Source: Octopus vulgaris (taxonomy: Eukaryota). Taken from it: a DNA stretch of 64,000 nucleotides. Each line of letters starts with the position of its first letter. Position 1 is the first letter of the stretch. This document shows positions 27,422-41,547 of the stretch, piece after piece. Location of the stretch: the NCBI GenBank assembly GCA_951406725.2, contig OX597816.1, positions 89,032,001 to 89,096,000 of the forward strand. Reading direction: 5' to 3'. Under the pieces are notes generated by a model. It ran no database searches. It was not told the DNA's origin and saw nothing but the letters and a program-made list of their open reading frames with translations. Position numbers and translations under genes: made by a program.

Positions 27422-28908
27422 TATACTCTTTTACTCTTTTACTTGTTTCAGCCATCCGGCTGAGGCCATGCTGGGGCACCGCCCTTGTTGCTACCCTGTC
27501 TAAGTCCAGTTTGCTGTGGCTGGCCACTGATCTAAGAGAGAGTTTGTAGCTGCTGCCCTTAGGTTACCTTCGTACCTTGCAGTGGGTTCATCTGGGATCC
27601 CGGAAAGCAGCTTGTCTAGATGTTTTTTGAAAAAGTCCACATCCGCATCATGTAGATCTCTTAGTTTTCTTGGCAGTTTGTTGAAAAGCTGAGGGCCCCT
27701 GAACCCCAGGCTATTACAGTATCTGCTCCTTACCCTGGATGTGGAAGACGGGACCTTTGGCACCACACAGTGACGTCCTGTACGGGGATTGGAACAGCTC
27801 TCAATTCCAAAATTTGGTGCTAGTCCCTCCAGGATTTTCCATATGTATATCACTGCATATCTCTCTCGTCTTCGTTCCAAGGAGTACAAATTGAGTTCCC
27901 TAAGCCTCTCCCAATAGTTCTTTTCTTTCATGGTGGAAATCCTCTTGGTGAAATGTCTTTGGATTGTCTCAAGCTCTGTGGTCAGTTTGACACTATGCGG
28001 TGACCACAGTTGGGAGCAGTAGTCCAGACGGCTTAGGACAAATGTCCTCCATAGTGTCAACATGGTCTCGCAGTCTCTTGTCCGGAATGTCCTCATGATC
28101 CAGCCAGTGAGTCGTCTGCACATTGTCGCCACCTTCGCGATGTGTGAAGAAAAAGATGCATCGTCACTCATGTCTATCCCCAGGTCCCGTATTGATTTCG
28201 ATACTGGGATTTCGATCCCTCCTGGACCAGTATAGTTGTGTTGTAATGTATATGTGTTTACAGCTTGATATTGTAAGGCTTGAAATTTACCAGCATTAAA
28301 TTGCATGTTGTTGTCTTCAGCCCATTTGTATATGGCATCCAGATCTTGTTGTAAAAGGTCAGCATCAGCTGGGTTTTTGATTGCCTGTGCTACCTTTGTG
28401 TCATCAGCATAGCTAGTGAGGGATGTTGTTTGTGCTACCAAGGGCATGTCAGAGAGCGCCACCAAAAACAGCAAGGGTCCCAAGACTGTGCCCTGTGGCA
28501 CCCCGCTTGCTATTGGTGTCTTTCCCGAGAGGGCTCCATTGGCTGCAACCATCTGGCTTCTGTCCTTCAGGAAGTCATGTATCCACTCACCTACTTTTCC
28601 TGTTATGCCGAGTCTGAGTAATTTGTGACATATCACTCCGTGGTCGACTTTGTCAAAGGCCTTCGCAAAGTCGAGATATACCACATCCACCTGTGAGCGA
28701 TCCAGTAGTTGTTTCAGTACCCATTCGTAGTGTTGTAACAGCTGCGTAAGGCAGCTTCTTCCTGGGCGAAAGCCATGCTGTGTGTCAGTGAGACGGTTAG
28801 TTTCTTCGAGGAACGTGATCAGTTTTTTTCTGATGATTCGTTCCATGACCTTACTTATGTGTGACGTCAGGGAGACTGGCCTGTAGTTTTTGGCCTCTGC
28901 TCTACTCT
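27422..28908 (-). mobile_element. 5'-truncated CR1-group LINE
   Basis: Uninterrupted RT-to-C-terminus frame, short 3' UTR with a stem-loop and (AGTAAAAG)n tail, TA-tract flanks. Confidence 0.9.
27500..28846 (-). CDS. LINE ORF2 reverse transcriptase (partial, 448 aa)
   Basis: Motifs QHGFRPGRSC, YLDFAKAFDKVDH, SGVPQGTVLGP, YADDTK, RDLG and LSRLDYCSQLWSP. Confidence 0.9.
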   Translation of the reverse strand: MERIIRKKLITFLEETNRLTDTQHGFRPGRSCLTQLLQHYEWVLKQLLDRSQVDVVYLDFAKAFDKVDHGVICHKLLRLGITGKVGEWIHDFLKDRSQMVAANGALSGKTPIASGVPQGTVLGPLLFLVALSDMPLVAQTTSLTSYADDTKVAQAIKNPADADLLQQDLDAIYKWAEDNNMQFNAGKFQALQYQAVNTYTLQHNYTGPGGIEIPVSKSIRDLGIDMSDDASFSSHIAKVATMCRRLTGWIMRTFRTRDCETMLTLWRTFVLSRLDYCSQLWSPHSVKLTTELETIQRHFTKRISTMKEKNYWERLRELNLYSLERRRERYAVIYIWKILEGLAPNFGIESCSNPRTGRHCVVPKVPSSTSRVRSRYCNSLGFRGPQLFNKLPRKLRDLHDADVDFFKKHLDKLLSGIPDEPTARYEGNLRAAATNSLLDQWPATANWT

Positions 28909-28927
28909 ATGTATATATACATAGCTC

Positions 28928-28963
<36 letters not shown>

Positions 28964-28994
28964 AAAGTATGTATGTATATATATATATAAAAGT

Positions 28995-29126
<132 letters not shown>

Positions 29127-29402
29127 ACCTGCTCTCCTGTGGTCAGCGAAATTATTTATTTTTCTGTCTGTTAGGCTGCATGTCTGTGTCTCTGTTTATC
29201 TATCCATCCTTTTCCTCATGTTTGCGCATGTTTGTTTGTGAGTGTGTGCACGTCTATGTGCACTTGTGTGTGCATTCAAATATATATATATATATATATA
29301 TATTGACCTGCTCTCCCATGGTCAGCAAAGTGGCATCACTCGATACTCGAAAGTGAGGTGTATTGTGACTAGTGATATATATATATATATATATATAGAT
29401 AA

Positions 29403-30446
29403 GTTTCTTTATTGGCCACACAGGGCTGCACACAGTTGGGACAAGTTACAAGGTAGAGCTTTTCTTTTGGGGGATGAAGAGAACAAAAAACAAAAGAAAA
29501 AAAAAGGGGGGCGTAGGTTTTCGATCAAGAGGGATCGTAAAAGGGAAGAAAAGAACAAAAAAAAATTGAATAAAATAAAAAGAATAAAAAAGAAAAAAAA
29601 AGAAAAGGAAAAGGAACAAAAGGAAAGAGAAATAAAAAAAGAAGAAAAAAGGGGAAAAAAGGGGAAGAGGAAAAAAAGAACGATCAATAGGGATCGTGTA
29701 TCACAGTGTTATGATATATGGTGTAAAGGGGAAAGCAAGTAAGGTTTATCCGTGGGAAGAAAAGCCTACGAAAAAGACCACGGTAACCTTGGTCAATATT
29801 GTTATATGTTACCACATTTGTTTGCAAGTGGGTAACCCTCTGTTTTCAATTTCTGGGTTCATAGGATTATGCTCAAGGTGGCTTCGTCATTCATACGTGC
29901 CATCCTTGCTACATTCACCCATCTTTTTTAAAACATTCGCTAGACAAAACATGCCTCTCTACTCTCACTTTCCTTTTCAAGTGGTACTTGAAGAAGTTGA
30001 TGAGAGATTGACCAGAGAGGAAAGTGTTTGTCTCCAATCCTTTCAGACGCGTTCACCAGATACATTCTTTCGCCATAGCCACAAGGATGATGAAAATAGC
30101 TCTTCCTTCCCGTTTGAAGGAAGGAGGCGTGACAGTATTGACGATAGACTCAGCTGATAAACCGACTCGTCCCACACGTGACAGCAGTTGTTCGACATAA
30201 GCCCACAGGTCGGAAATTGTTGGACACTGCACGTCGCTCTGACCGCATCTCGGGCAGGTCGGCCCCGTGTTTCTCGAGCCGTGTCTGTAGAGCTTATCCC
30301 GAACGGGTAGCGCTTCTCGGTAGCACTGCCAGGTCAGGGATCTCTGGAAGTTGTCCATGGGCCCTGGCCCGAAAGTCGTCCTGAACAGGCGGGTCAGGTA
30401 CTCCTCGTCGACGTCCAGGTTCGCCCCGAGCTCGACGTCGTACCTC
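29403..30446 (-). mobile_element. 5'-truncated L1/Tx1-clade LINE (zf-RVT C-terminus plus long pyrimidine-rich 3' UTR)
   Basis: ORF 30053-30358 reads WQCYREALPVRDKL...CPRCG...CP...LW; the UTR ends in AATAAAGAAA. Confidence 0.7.
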
Positions 30447-30535
<89 letters not shown>

Positions 30536-30787
30536 TATAGAGGATGGAATGAACGTTGACCAGTACTCCAGTTTACTTAATTATCATGAATACCAGATTA
30601 CTCGTGCCACCCTCCCTCTTTGTAGTAGTCATATGACACGCTGAGTCAAGGGCTGGCGGGCTTGTCTATATCTGACCCCAACAACATAGGATCTAGAGGC
30701 AATTAAGAGCAGCGTGGCATATGCTGCCAAGTTACACTCGCCGGCAGGCGACAGCTGTTGTTTACTGACATATACATCTGTGTATTA

Positions 30788-30996
30788 TACAAGAAGGGTG
30801 TCTGAAAAGTTCCTGTTTTTAAGGCTATCGCGAAAGGCCTGGTTGAAAGTCCAAATTTCTGGGCTTAGAAAAACTGAAGCACTGTTGCAATAGTGTGTGA
30901 ATCTCAGAGGGTAGTATGTTGGATAAAATCATAATTAACTTTTCCTCCTGTATTTTCTTTTACTCAAAGCCAGGAACTTTTCAGCACCCCCTCGTA
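30788..30996. mobile_element. mariner-type MITE
   Basis: TIRs TAC(A/G)AG..GGGTG.CTGAAAAGTTCCTG at both ends, with TA flanks. Confidence 0.75.
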
Positions 30997-31797
30997 TATA
31001 CGTATATTGATATGTAATTTGTATAATGGCAGCGATTATTGTTTTGAGTCCTTAAAACCGACCTGCAGGCATGTTGTAGTTTACATCACTGAGTTTTATC
31101 TACTGTGTTTATATACGGTCTCACGAGGGTAATAGTCCCAGTTTCAGTAATTGCATATGAAGATACAGTCGTTGAGCGTGATGTTTTCTGGCAGGCTTTT
31201 AGGCCAGGGCATATCTTTTTTCAGCAACAACCTACGCTCTTTCTACGTTCTTCCTGTGTGGTAAGATTTTACGTCATCTGTGGCACTCAGTCCTCTACAA
31301 GATTGTGTACAAGATCATCAGTGGCCCATTTAGTAGTCACTGTTCTACAGACCACCAAATGTTATTAGAGAAAATATCAGTAGCAATACAGCTTGGCTAT
31401 AGAATGAATACACAGGTTGCAACTAAGCAATGGGAGGCGACGTAAGACTTCCTTAGGGATCCCAGGCTGTAATATGTTTCCAGTGCTTACTCACTAAGCC
31501 GTTCTCATGGCTGAAATTTGCCGCCCAGCAAAAAAGATATGAAACTTGAGGTGTTTACAATTTATACATGCCATAAGTGCACATAGACGTGCGCACACTC
31601 ACAAACACACATGTACATACATGAATATAGAGATGGATAGAGAGACAGAGACACAGACACACATACTAGCAGACTGAAAAATAGACAGACAGGCAGATAG
31701 GCAGATAGATAGATAGATAGATAGATAGAGAGATAGATGGATAGATAGACAGACAGAGAGATAGATGGCTCTAAACAGACAGACATATATATAGCTT

Positions 31798-31896
<99 letters not shown>

Positions 31897-31912
31897 GGAT
31901 AGATAGATGATA

Positions 31913-31963
<51 letters not shown>

Positions 31964-32746
31964 ATTAGCTTACACATACTAATGAAGATGAATGAACAAT
32001 AATCAAAATTACACTTTTTAAAGATTCCTGCCAACTTGTCAGAATGCATCAGAATATTCAAAAAACACGCATTGATTTCTATAGGAATGGTAAGAGTACT
32101 GTAAACTGAAAAGTAGTTTTCAAATGCTTGTCTTTGTATTTTTTTTTCTTTTTCTTTTTGGCAGTCTAATTCAATCATTTCTCCTTGAATTCTTCATTTC
32201 CCTTCTCCAAGAATAACCCAAAAGAATATGAGATCGTTCACAATAATATTTATCTATCTGCATATCTCTATCTATTTCTTTAACTATATATATATATATA
32301 TGTATATATACACACGTACATATAATACCTACACACGTGCATTTTTCTCTTTCTCCGTGTATGCTTCTCTTACATACGCGTTTCACAATGTATGTATATG
32401 CATGTGTATGTACTGGAGACAATTTTTGTGCGTCAAACGAAGAAAATCTGTGATAGAATAATAAACTGTATGTATTCAATTTGCGTCAATTCCCAACTCA
32501 TTATAATTTATCATCTTGAGATTTACTATATGAAAATTGTGATTCGATTCATATTTTTAGATATACAAAATATTTTTAGAATATTACCGCAGTTTTACGT
32601 CTTCCTCTCTTATTCAACGAATACGTGTGTGTGGTGGAGGGAACCTTGTCAGTGTATGTGAGTGTGTTTCTGTGTGTGTGTGCGAGTGAGTGCATGTGTG
32701 TGTCTCTGCGTGTAAGCATACACACACACATATATATCTATATATA

Positions 32747-32799
<53 letters not shown>

Positions 32800-32838
32800 G
32801 AATATGCATATATATATATATATATGTATATATATATC

Positions 32839-32884
<46 letters not shown>

Positions 32885-32927
32885 TATATACATATATATA
32901 TACATACATATATATATACATACATAC

Positions 32928-32975
<48 letters not shown>

Positions 32976-33085
32976 AATATATATCCGTCGATAAACACAT
33001 ATTTCAACCTCGTCTATTGGTATATGAATGTATGTATCTCTAAGATAGTATTCTAAAATCAAATATGCGCCTGTGAATTATGTGC

Positions 33086-33153
<68 letters not shown>

Positions 33154-33280
33154 TATTGATATGTATTTCTATTTAGATAGATAGACAGATGGATATGTAT
33201 GAATGTATGGATTTACGTATGTATATATATATACACACACACATATACATGACTACGTGTGTGTGTGAGAATGCATGTAC

Positions 33281-33317
<37 letters not shown>

Positions 33318-33571
33318 CATACACACAAATACAGATACATATATATAGAGAGAGAGAAATGGAGGGGTGAGTAAGAGAAACTGAGCGAGGGGAAATTGAT
33401 TATATCTCTATGCTTCTTTCGGTCTTTCGAATAATAATATAATTTGTCGCATACGCTATTAAATATAGATATAATTTTGTACACGCAATCGTATATCTCC
33501 ATTTGAATATGTGTGATATGCGCATACATGTTATCATACCTCTATATGTGTGCATACTTTTGTACCGAAGC

Positions 33572-33640
<69 letters not shown>

Positions 33641-33755
33641 GTATACATATATATATATATACATATATATATATACACATATATATATATACGCATGTAT
33701 GCATGTCTGTGTGCTTGTATATGTACTTTAATACATAAATATATTTATGTATATA

Positions 33756-33790
<35 letters not shown>

Positions 33791-33980
33791 GTTCATATGT
33801 ATATGTTATTATGTGTAAACATATATGTACACACTTGTATATATGTATATATAAATGTATATTTGTATATATATTTTATATGTATGTGTGTGTAGACATA
33901 TATATATGCATATATGCATATATACATACATGTCTTAAAAACTTTAAAATATATATATAACATATATATATGCATAAATA

Positions 33981-34017
<37 letters not shown>

Positions 34018-34092
34018 GTATATATGTATTTGTGTAAAGATATGTTATACATGTGTGTGTATATATGTATATATAAATGTATATATATATAT

Positions 34093-34176
<84 letters not shown>

Positions 34177-34180
<4 letters not shown>

Positions 34181-35523
34181 AGAAGAAAAAAGGAAGGACC
34201 GAAAACAAAAATAAGGAGGGAAAAGGAGGAAAAGGCAAAACAACCAAAGCTGAAAACCCAACTCATCACACAAACAGCAGAGAACCCCATGGAGGATCCA
34301 ATGCCACCCATTACACTTCAGGAAAGAAGAAATCTGGAAGGCACCGAAGAACCTGTAAGTTCTACCTGCGGGGCAAATGTTGGCATGGTGAGGACGGCAA
34401 AAACTGCCGGTTCGCCCACCCGACACCCCGCCAGAACTTTAGGGGAGTCAAAGAGAAAAGCTTTACCGAGGGAACACAAGAAATGTCTCCCAGGAAAACT
34501 TTCAAAAACGAAGTGCGCTCCTCAGATGTTCTGCGCAACGCAGCAGCTGAGCAAGAGTCTTTTTTTATGCATGACGCAAAGAATTGTCCGGCAACTAACC
34601 TGGCTACACCAAGCACAGAGAAAGAACCCTGCCCACCACTATGCAAGACCACCACAGTCAACAGACACGGGATGACCTCCTCAAACGCCTGCACAGCCGC
34701 CACCCCAATACTTTTACTAAATATTGGTGGCCTGTTGCATCAAAATAGACACAAAATTTCCTTCCTGAGAGATCTTACTGCACGCAATCAAGGCCTATGC
34801 ATAGCACTTGTGGAAACTCACCTCAACCCTGATATAGAGGACGCAGAAGTACACATACCAAACTATGCCATACTGCGAACAGACAGAAGGGAAAGGAGCC
34901 ATGGTGGAGTTGCTGTATACATCCGAGATGACCTCACACCCCAGGTCTTGATGACATACTCAAATTCGGTATGTGACACCTTAATTGTATACATAAGACA
35001 ACATAATATAGTCATATGCAATACATATTGCCCACCGGATGCCCCAAATCACATAGGCAAGTTTGAAGATTGCCTCACAAGAATTAAAGAAATCCTCATG
35101 AATCTGGAACACCACGAGACCATATTTCTTATGGGTGATTTCAACTTCCCCAACGTCAAATGGTCCGAAGGTCACATACTCTCAGGAATGAATCATTGCA
35201 AGCAAGTACCCGTGGAGTCCCTGCTCAACCTCACCAAGGCCTTATTCCTGGAGCAAGTTGTACTCAAGCCAACTAGGGCGAATAACATTCTGGATCTCTG
35301 CTTCACGGACAATATGGACATCATTCATGATGTGAAAGTGACACCAACATCAGTTTCGGATCACAACATAATTGATCTGTCTATGTTTGGGCCAAAAGTA
35401 ACCAGAGACATACAGCCTAAAGGAAGCACCCGAAATCTCTCCAATCTGATTGGAAATCGATCCAAAAAGAGATCCTCAGAGAGGACTGGCCGGAATGTCT
35501 CTCCACACCAGACATTGACATGA
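34177..35523 (+). pseudogene. CCCH zinc finger + APE endonuclease reading frame (LINE)
   Basis: ORF 33970-35523 after removing the translated (TA)n; frameshift near 35450. Confidence 0.8.
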
Positions 35524-36254
35524 AACCAGAATGTTTCATGTCTTCTGTGCAAGCCGTATGCCAGAAATATGTCCCAGAGCACAAGACCAAAACAAATAGG
35601 AGCAAGATTCCAAGAGACAGGAAGATCCCCATGAGACGACGGACGAAGGTTGCAAATCGTCTCAACCAACATCGCAAAAGTAGCGAAACGTCCCGCCTAA
35701 AAACAACACTGATGGAGATCGAAAAATGGCTGCAACAATCCTATGTGAAGGAGAAAGCAGACAAAGAAGCCTGGGTTATAAAAAACATTAAATCAAACCC
35801 AAAGGCCTTCTTTCATTACGCGAAAGAAACAGTCTCCGTGCACTACAAGATAGGACCCCTCCTCCAAAAGGATGGCTCCCTCACAGACAGTCCAACTAAG
35901 ATCAGTGAGATGCTGAATGACCAGTTCAAAAGTGTCTTTACCACCCGTTGGAACACAGACAAGTGAACGAACCAGTGGACTTCTTTGCCGCCTCAACTAT
36001 AACCAGCGAGGCGGTTACAATAGAATGTATTGACATTAGTGAAAAAGATGTCATACTAGCCATAGATGAAGTGGACACAAAGTCAGCTGCTGGTCTAGAT
36101 GGTTTCCCAGCCATCCTCCTCAAAGCGTGTAAGCATCCCTGGTAAAACCCCTCAAGATTCTCTTCCAGAGCTTTCTTACGAATGGCAAACTGCCAAGCAA
36201 GCTGAAGGAGGGAATAATATGCCCAATACATAAAGGGGGAAGTAGAGCAAAATC

Positions 36255-37478
36255 ATGGAACGGATAGTCAGAAAGAAACTAATCGCCTTCCTTGAGGAAA
36301 ATGACTTGCTGAGTGATACCCAGCATGGTTTTCGACCAGGTAGGAGCTGCCTGACCCAGCTCTTACAGCATTATGACTGGGTGTTGAGGCAGTTGCTCAA
36401 CAAATCAAATGTGGACGTAATCTACCTTGATTTTGCAAAAGCTTTTGACAAGGTGGATCATGGTATGATATGCCACAAACTGCGTGACCTCGGCATAGCT
36501 GGAAAACTTGGAGTGTGGTTGCATGACTTCCTGAAGAATAGGAGTCAGGCAGTAGTGGTTAATGGGGCCACCTCTATGAACACACAAATAGTGAGCGGTG
36601 TTCCACAGGGCACTGTCTTGGGACCACTGCTTTTTATAGTGGCCCTCTCAGATATGCCCTCAAATGCCCGGATAGCCACTCTGGCCAGCTATGCAGACGA
36701 TACGAAAGTCTCGGAGAAAATACAGAACCCCAGCGATGTTGCACACCTGCAGCAGGAGTTGGACTCAATCTACAGATGGGCTGAGGATAATAATATGCAG
36801 TTTAATGCTGAAAAATTCCAGGCCCTGCGCTACCAGCATCCAAAACTGAATATTAAACTTACAGGATACACCAGTCCACAGGGAATTTCAATCCCAGAGC
36901 CTAAGTCTGTGAGGGACCTGGGTATCGACATGAGTGATGATACCTCTTTCCAAGTGCACATTACCAGGATGGCGACAAAGTGCAGACGACTGGCTGGGTG
37001 GATCCTAAGAACATTCAGAACCAGAGATAAGGAAACCATGATGGTCCTCTGGCGGACATTCGTCCTCAGTCGCCTGGATTACTGCTCACAGCTATGGTTA
37101 CCTACCAGTATAAAATTAACAGCGGACCTTGAAGCAATCCAGAGAAGATTCACAAAGAAGATCGTCTCTTTGCAACAGCTCAGCTACTGGGAAAGGTTGA
37201 AACAGCTAAGACTCTACTCCCTGGAGAGAAGACGGGAGAGGTATGCAGTAATATATGTCTGGAAGATCCTGGAAGGAATTGTGCCAAATTTTGGCATTGT
37301 AAGCTACACCAATGCTAGAACGGGACGACACTGCATAGTGCCAAAGATCCCAGCAATGCCATCACGCTTCAGGACCAGCTTCTGCAACAGCCTGGGTTTC
37401 AAGGGCCCACAGCTTTTTAATATTCTCCCAAAGAGTCTGAGGAACTTGCACAAAGTAGATGTAGCGGTTTTTAGATAA
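36255..37478 (+). CDS. LINE ORF2 reverse transcriptase segment (407 aa)
   Basis: Motifs YLDFAKAFDKVDH, GVPQGTVLGP and YADDTK; closely paralogous to 27500-28846. Confidence 0.88.
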   Translation: MERIVRKKLIAFLEENDLLSDTQHGFRPGRSCLTQLLQHYDWVLRQLLNKSNVDVIYLDFAKAFDKVDHGMICHKLRDLGIAGKLGVWLHDFLKNRSQAVVVNGATSMNTQIVSGVPQGTVLGPLLFIVALSDMPSNARIATLASYADDTKVSEKIQNPSDVAHLQQELDSIYRWAEDNNMQFNAEKFQALRYQHPKLNIKLTGYTSPQGISIPEPKSVRDLGIDMSDDTSFQVHITRMATKCRRLAGWILRTFRTRDKETMMVLWRTFVLSRLDYCSQLWLPTSIKLTADLEAIQRRFTKKIVSLQQLSYWERLKQLRLYSLERRRERYAVIYVWKILEGIVPNFGIVSYTNARTGRHCIVPKIPAMPSRFRTSFCNSLGFKGPQLFNILPKSLRNLHKVDVAVFR

Positions 37479-37664
37479 AAGCTGGACATCTTCCTGTCAA
37501 GAGTCCCAGATGAACCTACCTCACGGCAAGAGGTGCAAATGAGAGTAGCTATATCAAACACCATTCTTCACCAAGTACCACATATTAGACGAGGCTCGTC
37601 GTAATAACAGTGTAGCACAAAATGGCGGTGCATCAGCATGGCCGCAGCTCAGAGCTGAACTAAA

Positions 37665-37703
<39 letters not shown>

Positions 37704-38971
37704 GTGTATATGTATATGCATACACACACACGCATATAAATATGTATATACGCATAATCGCTTGTGATTATCACATCACAATTTGTCCCATGAAATAATA
37801 ACACTTTTGAAATCCTGTCGAACACAGCATCGACGGATATCGAAAGGAGACCCTGAATGTCGATTAAAATCATCTAAACAATTTATTCTGCACTACTTTA
37901 ACAATACACTTCATCTGGGCTACTTTAGCAAAGCATTTCATCCCACGTTGCTCCGCGATCACTTCGACACCTGACGCGTGTTACACCGTACACCTGTTCG
38001 ACCAAAAAATCGATTTGATGGTGCGAGTGAACTAATATATAGCACATTCATTTAATTATTATAAACAAGATATTTGTACAGGTCATTCTAAAAATGTTGG
38101 ACACTCATACGTCCTGTTCTGCGGCTAAGTGCATTGTTGTAAATTCCATGAATGTGAATATATTCCAGAAATTGCTGTGCTATTTTGAATGTGCACCGTT
38201 GCTTCGTAGGTGCCACTAGAGTGTCTTGTTTCATAAAAGAACAGAGTGAGGTGGGAAAGAGATATAAGGAGAGAAAGAGAGAGAATTCGTTCTTTATATA
38301 TTCGTTCAGATATTCTAAGATTGCTAACTTGTGAAGTTATGCCTTTGTCGTTTGTTGGGCAGATTTATATAGAATCTGTGTCTCCTTTGAAAGATTACCT
38401 TTAAGGAGGCAGGTAAGTATCACTTGTCCGCAGACCATGATGAAATAAATTCTATGGCGGTCACGAAATGACTGCATATATATGTTTGTCCGTTTGACCA
38501 AACTCTCGTCAAGTTATTTAAACACGGAATTAAGAGTAAGGTAAGGGTAGAGAATTAGGTCACGCCCTTCAGTAATATTTCTGAAATGGGAGTGAAAGTT
38601 GTGAGTGCAGACCAGCTAAACACCAGGTCTGCTTTTGTTAGTGGGATAATCTGGCATTTGAGAATATCTGATTAACCCGTGTAGCCGTTAGAGTTTTTGA
38701 ATGTTATTTCCTTCTATTGTTTTTATTTTCATGCGTATCCTATTATACGTAAATCTTTGTAATTAACCAAATTTTGTATTTTTACGTTTCTGTAGGATCA
38801 ACTATTGCTACTTTGTAGCAGTCCTATAAGCGGTTAGTTATGAGCCTGTTTCAGAAACTCAGTGGCAGCATTAGACAGAGGTACGTCTTCAGTTGTCGTA
38901 GTGAAAAACCAACTTTCAGAACGATTTTATATCGTGCCTTCAGTCCCTCAAAGATACCATCTTCTTTATAC

Positions 38972-39073
<102 letters not shown>

Positions 39074-40909
39074 TCTGGCTCTCATACTTGACCAGCCTCT
39101 CCATCATAATTTTGTAAACAAAGATAGATTGTTTAGTTTAAGGGAACATTAAGAAATCGAAGTAAAATCTTTACGCACACATATACGTTCTTCCAGACAA
39201 GCACGCACACATCCATACGTCCACATATAAATACGAGAATGTATATACTCACGTTCGCCAATCATCCGCACGCACACACCCATACATGCATCCTAAACAC
39301 GTTCGCGTACACATGCGAATACCGCGAGCAATAACGCACACGTATTCTCTCTCTCTCTCTTTCTCTTTCCCTGTCCCTCTCTCTCTCACACACACAAATA
39401 CATTCACACAAACACGCAAATACACACACACACTCATAAGACCAATAACACACGGTGTTGATATACACAACTGACACATAAACCTAGATATTTGCGCATG
39501 GGAGTACTCACACCTGACTGATACGCACATGCACCCATACACAGACCCTACCAAGCATGTGCGTGTGCCATCAGCCCTCACCTACATACAAGCCCTCACT
39601 CGTTCACCAGCTTACGACACACACAGAAAGACATCAGACAACTACATCCATGCATTCATACATCTGGTATGCACACATACGCATATTCTCGCCGTCCAAG
39701 TTTCTGTCATCCTCTTATGTCCTTCAAATCCCGTCCTGGCATCAAAACATCATCAAATTCCTGCTCAGCCACGTGATCCAAGAAATTCTCATTTCTAACG
39801 CACAACTGTCGCTAAAATACCGATGTCATAACAATACCATATGACCTGCATTGACCTGTAGCAGTCCAGTTTCCAGTAGATATCTCTGACTTCGTGTATC
39901 TCTTCATTCGGTTAACCATGCTTGACTGAGTTAGGTTTCTGCAAGAAGCCTGGGAAACTTCAAGTCGCATAGCTCAAAAAGCTGTTTTAAATGACTATGT
40001 ATACAAAAGAGCAATTAAGTACAAAGTAGAATCAAATTAAGGTAAGAAAATAGATTTAAATTAGGTCATATAGAACAAAATAAAATTTTAAATTCAAAAT
40101 ATAATGCAAAAAGTACTTTAAAAAGGTTTAGAGAAACACCTATTCAAAGCTAATACTCTGAATTGTCAGATGGAAAGGAATTGAGCTTATAGCAAAAGGC
40201 AATAGCTCAAACTTCTAGGCTAAAGAGTGCGTAGTCACACAAAATTTTCAGAATTATGTTAATTAAACAAGAAACTAACACCAATTTCAGTCTATATATT
40301 TGACTTAAAGAAGTATCTATTTTATTTCGGAGTGTATTGTTTTCGAAAATATTAAATATCTCAACTCATATTACCACGTAAGTAATTTTGCATGTGGGGG
40401 AGTAATATTATGTTTTGACATGTAAAATGAGACTTGATATAACTATGCACAAACGTATGAGAGTAACTAACAAAATGTAATCTGTAACAGGTCTGAAGAG
40501 TCAGACAAGGAGAACAAATTTTCTCACAGCCTCATTATTATCAAAAAATTATATGAATTTTGATGGTTATCAAAATATGACAATGATGAAATCTTTACTC
40601 AGGAATTATTCGAATACCTTCCCAAACACAAGAACAGCAAAAGATAATATGCAAGAGATAAAGTCTGAGATTAGAAGCACAATCAATAATAAATTAATAT
40701 TCTGGAAAATACAGGAATGATTTTGAAACAGAACTGCAAAAATAACCAAAATAATAGACCTGCCACACATCACTTCCAAATAAATTTATTTCAATAATAC
40801 AAATCGCCCAGTACTTTTTCTGTACTCATATCAACGAAAACTCGGAAAATGCTTCCCACATGCACAATATGTTGATTTTGTATATGTATGTATGTAAATA
40901 TATATATAA

Positions 40910-40963
<54 letters not shown>

Positions 40964-41133
40964 GGAGAGAGAGATGGGGAGAAGGGGGAGAGAGATTGTG
41001 CATAACAAACAGTAGAGGACTCTTTTAGAGCTTCAAATATCTCTCCAACCAGCTCTCTGAGCTGGTATTAAGTTTATTTAATCTCAGTCACATGTTCGCG
41101 CATCTATCGCCAATACATACAGGCACACAAAAG

Positions 41134-41166
<33 letters not shown>

Positions 41167-41547
41167 ACTCACACACACTATATGTACAGATAGATAGACA
41201 CATACATACATATATATGGGTGGGGTTATGCGTGTGTATATGGAGAATGCACGTGTGTGTGTGCGCGTGCGTGCGTGTGTGTGTAGAACCAGTATCTGTA
41301 CATAATTGCATAAACACCACGTAATGAAACAAAACTAAGAGAAGAAACAATTGCAACCCTAAAATAACAAAAGATGTAACGCATTAAGCTCTCTAGAAAA
41401 CAATAGATTACATATAAAAAGAAAACTGTTTCACTCTACCGAAAAGGCAATATTATATAACTTTGTGCGAAATGAGATATGCAACAAGTGGTGCGATAAA
41501 AACAAACGTGCACAGCACAACTCAAATATTATGTAATTATAATGATT

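Larger units (their letters stand above)
34177..37672 (+). mobile_element. Near full-length CR1-group LINE (CCCH zinc finger, APE endonuclease, RT), frameshifted
   Basis: Motifs [22 protein letters not shown]; LLNIGG, LVETHL, RTDR, GGVA, MGDFN, LDL, SDHN; the RT ORF; 3' tail with a stem-loop and poly(A). Confidence 0.92.

Noticed and set aside
38838-38900. Minus-strand CTGAAGA...GAAAC hammerhead-like spacing
   Set aside because: Stems I, II and III do not pair convincingly.
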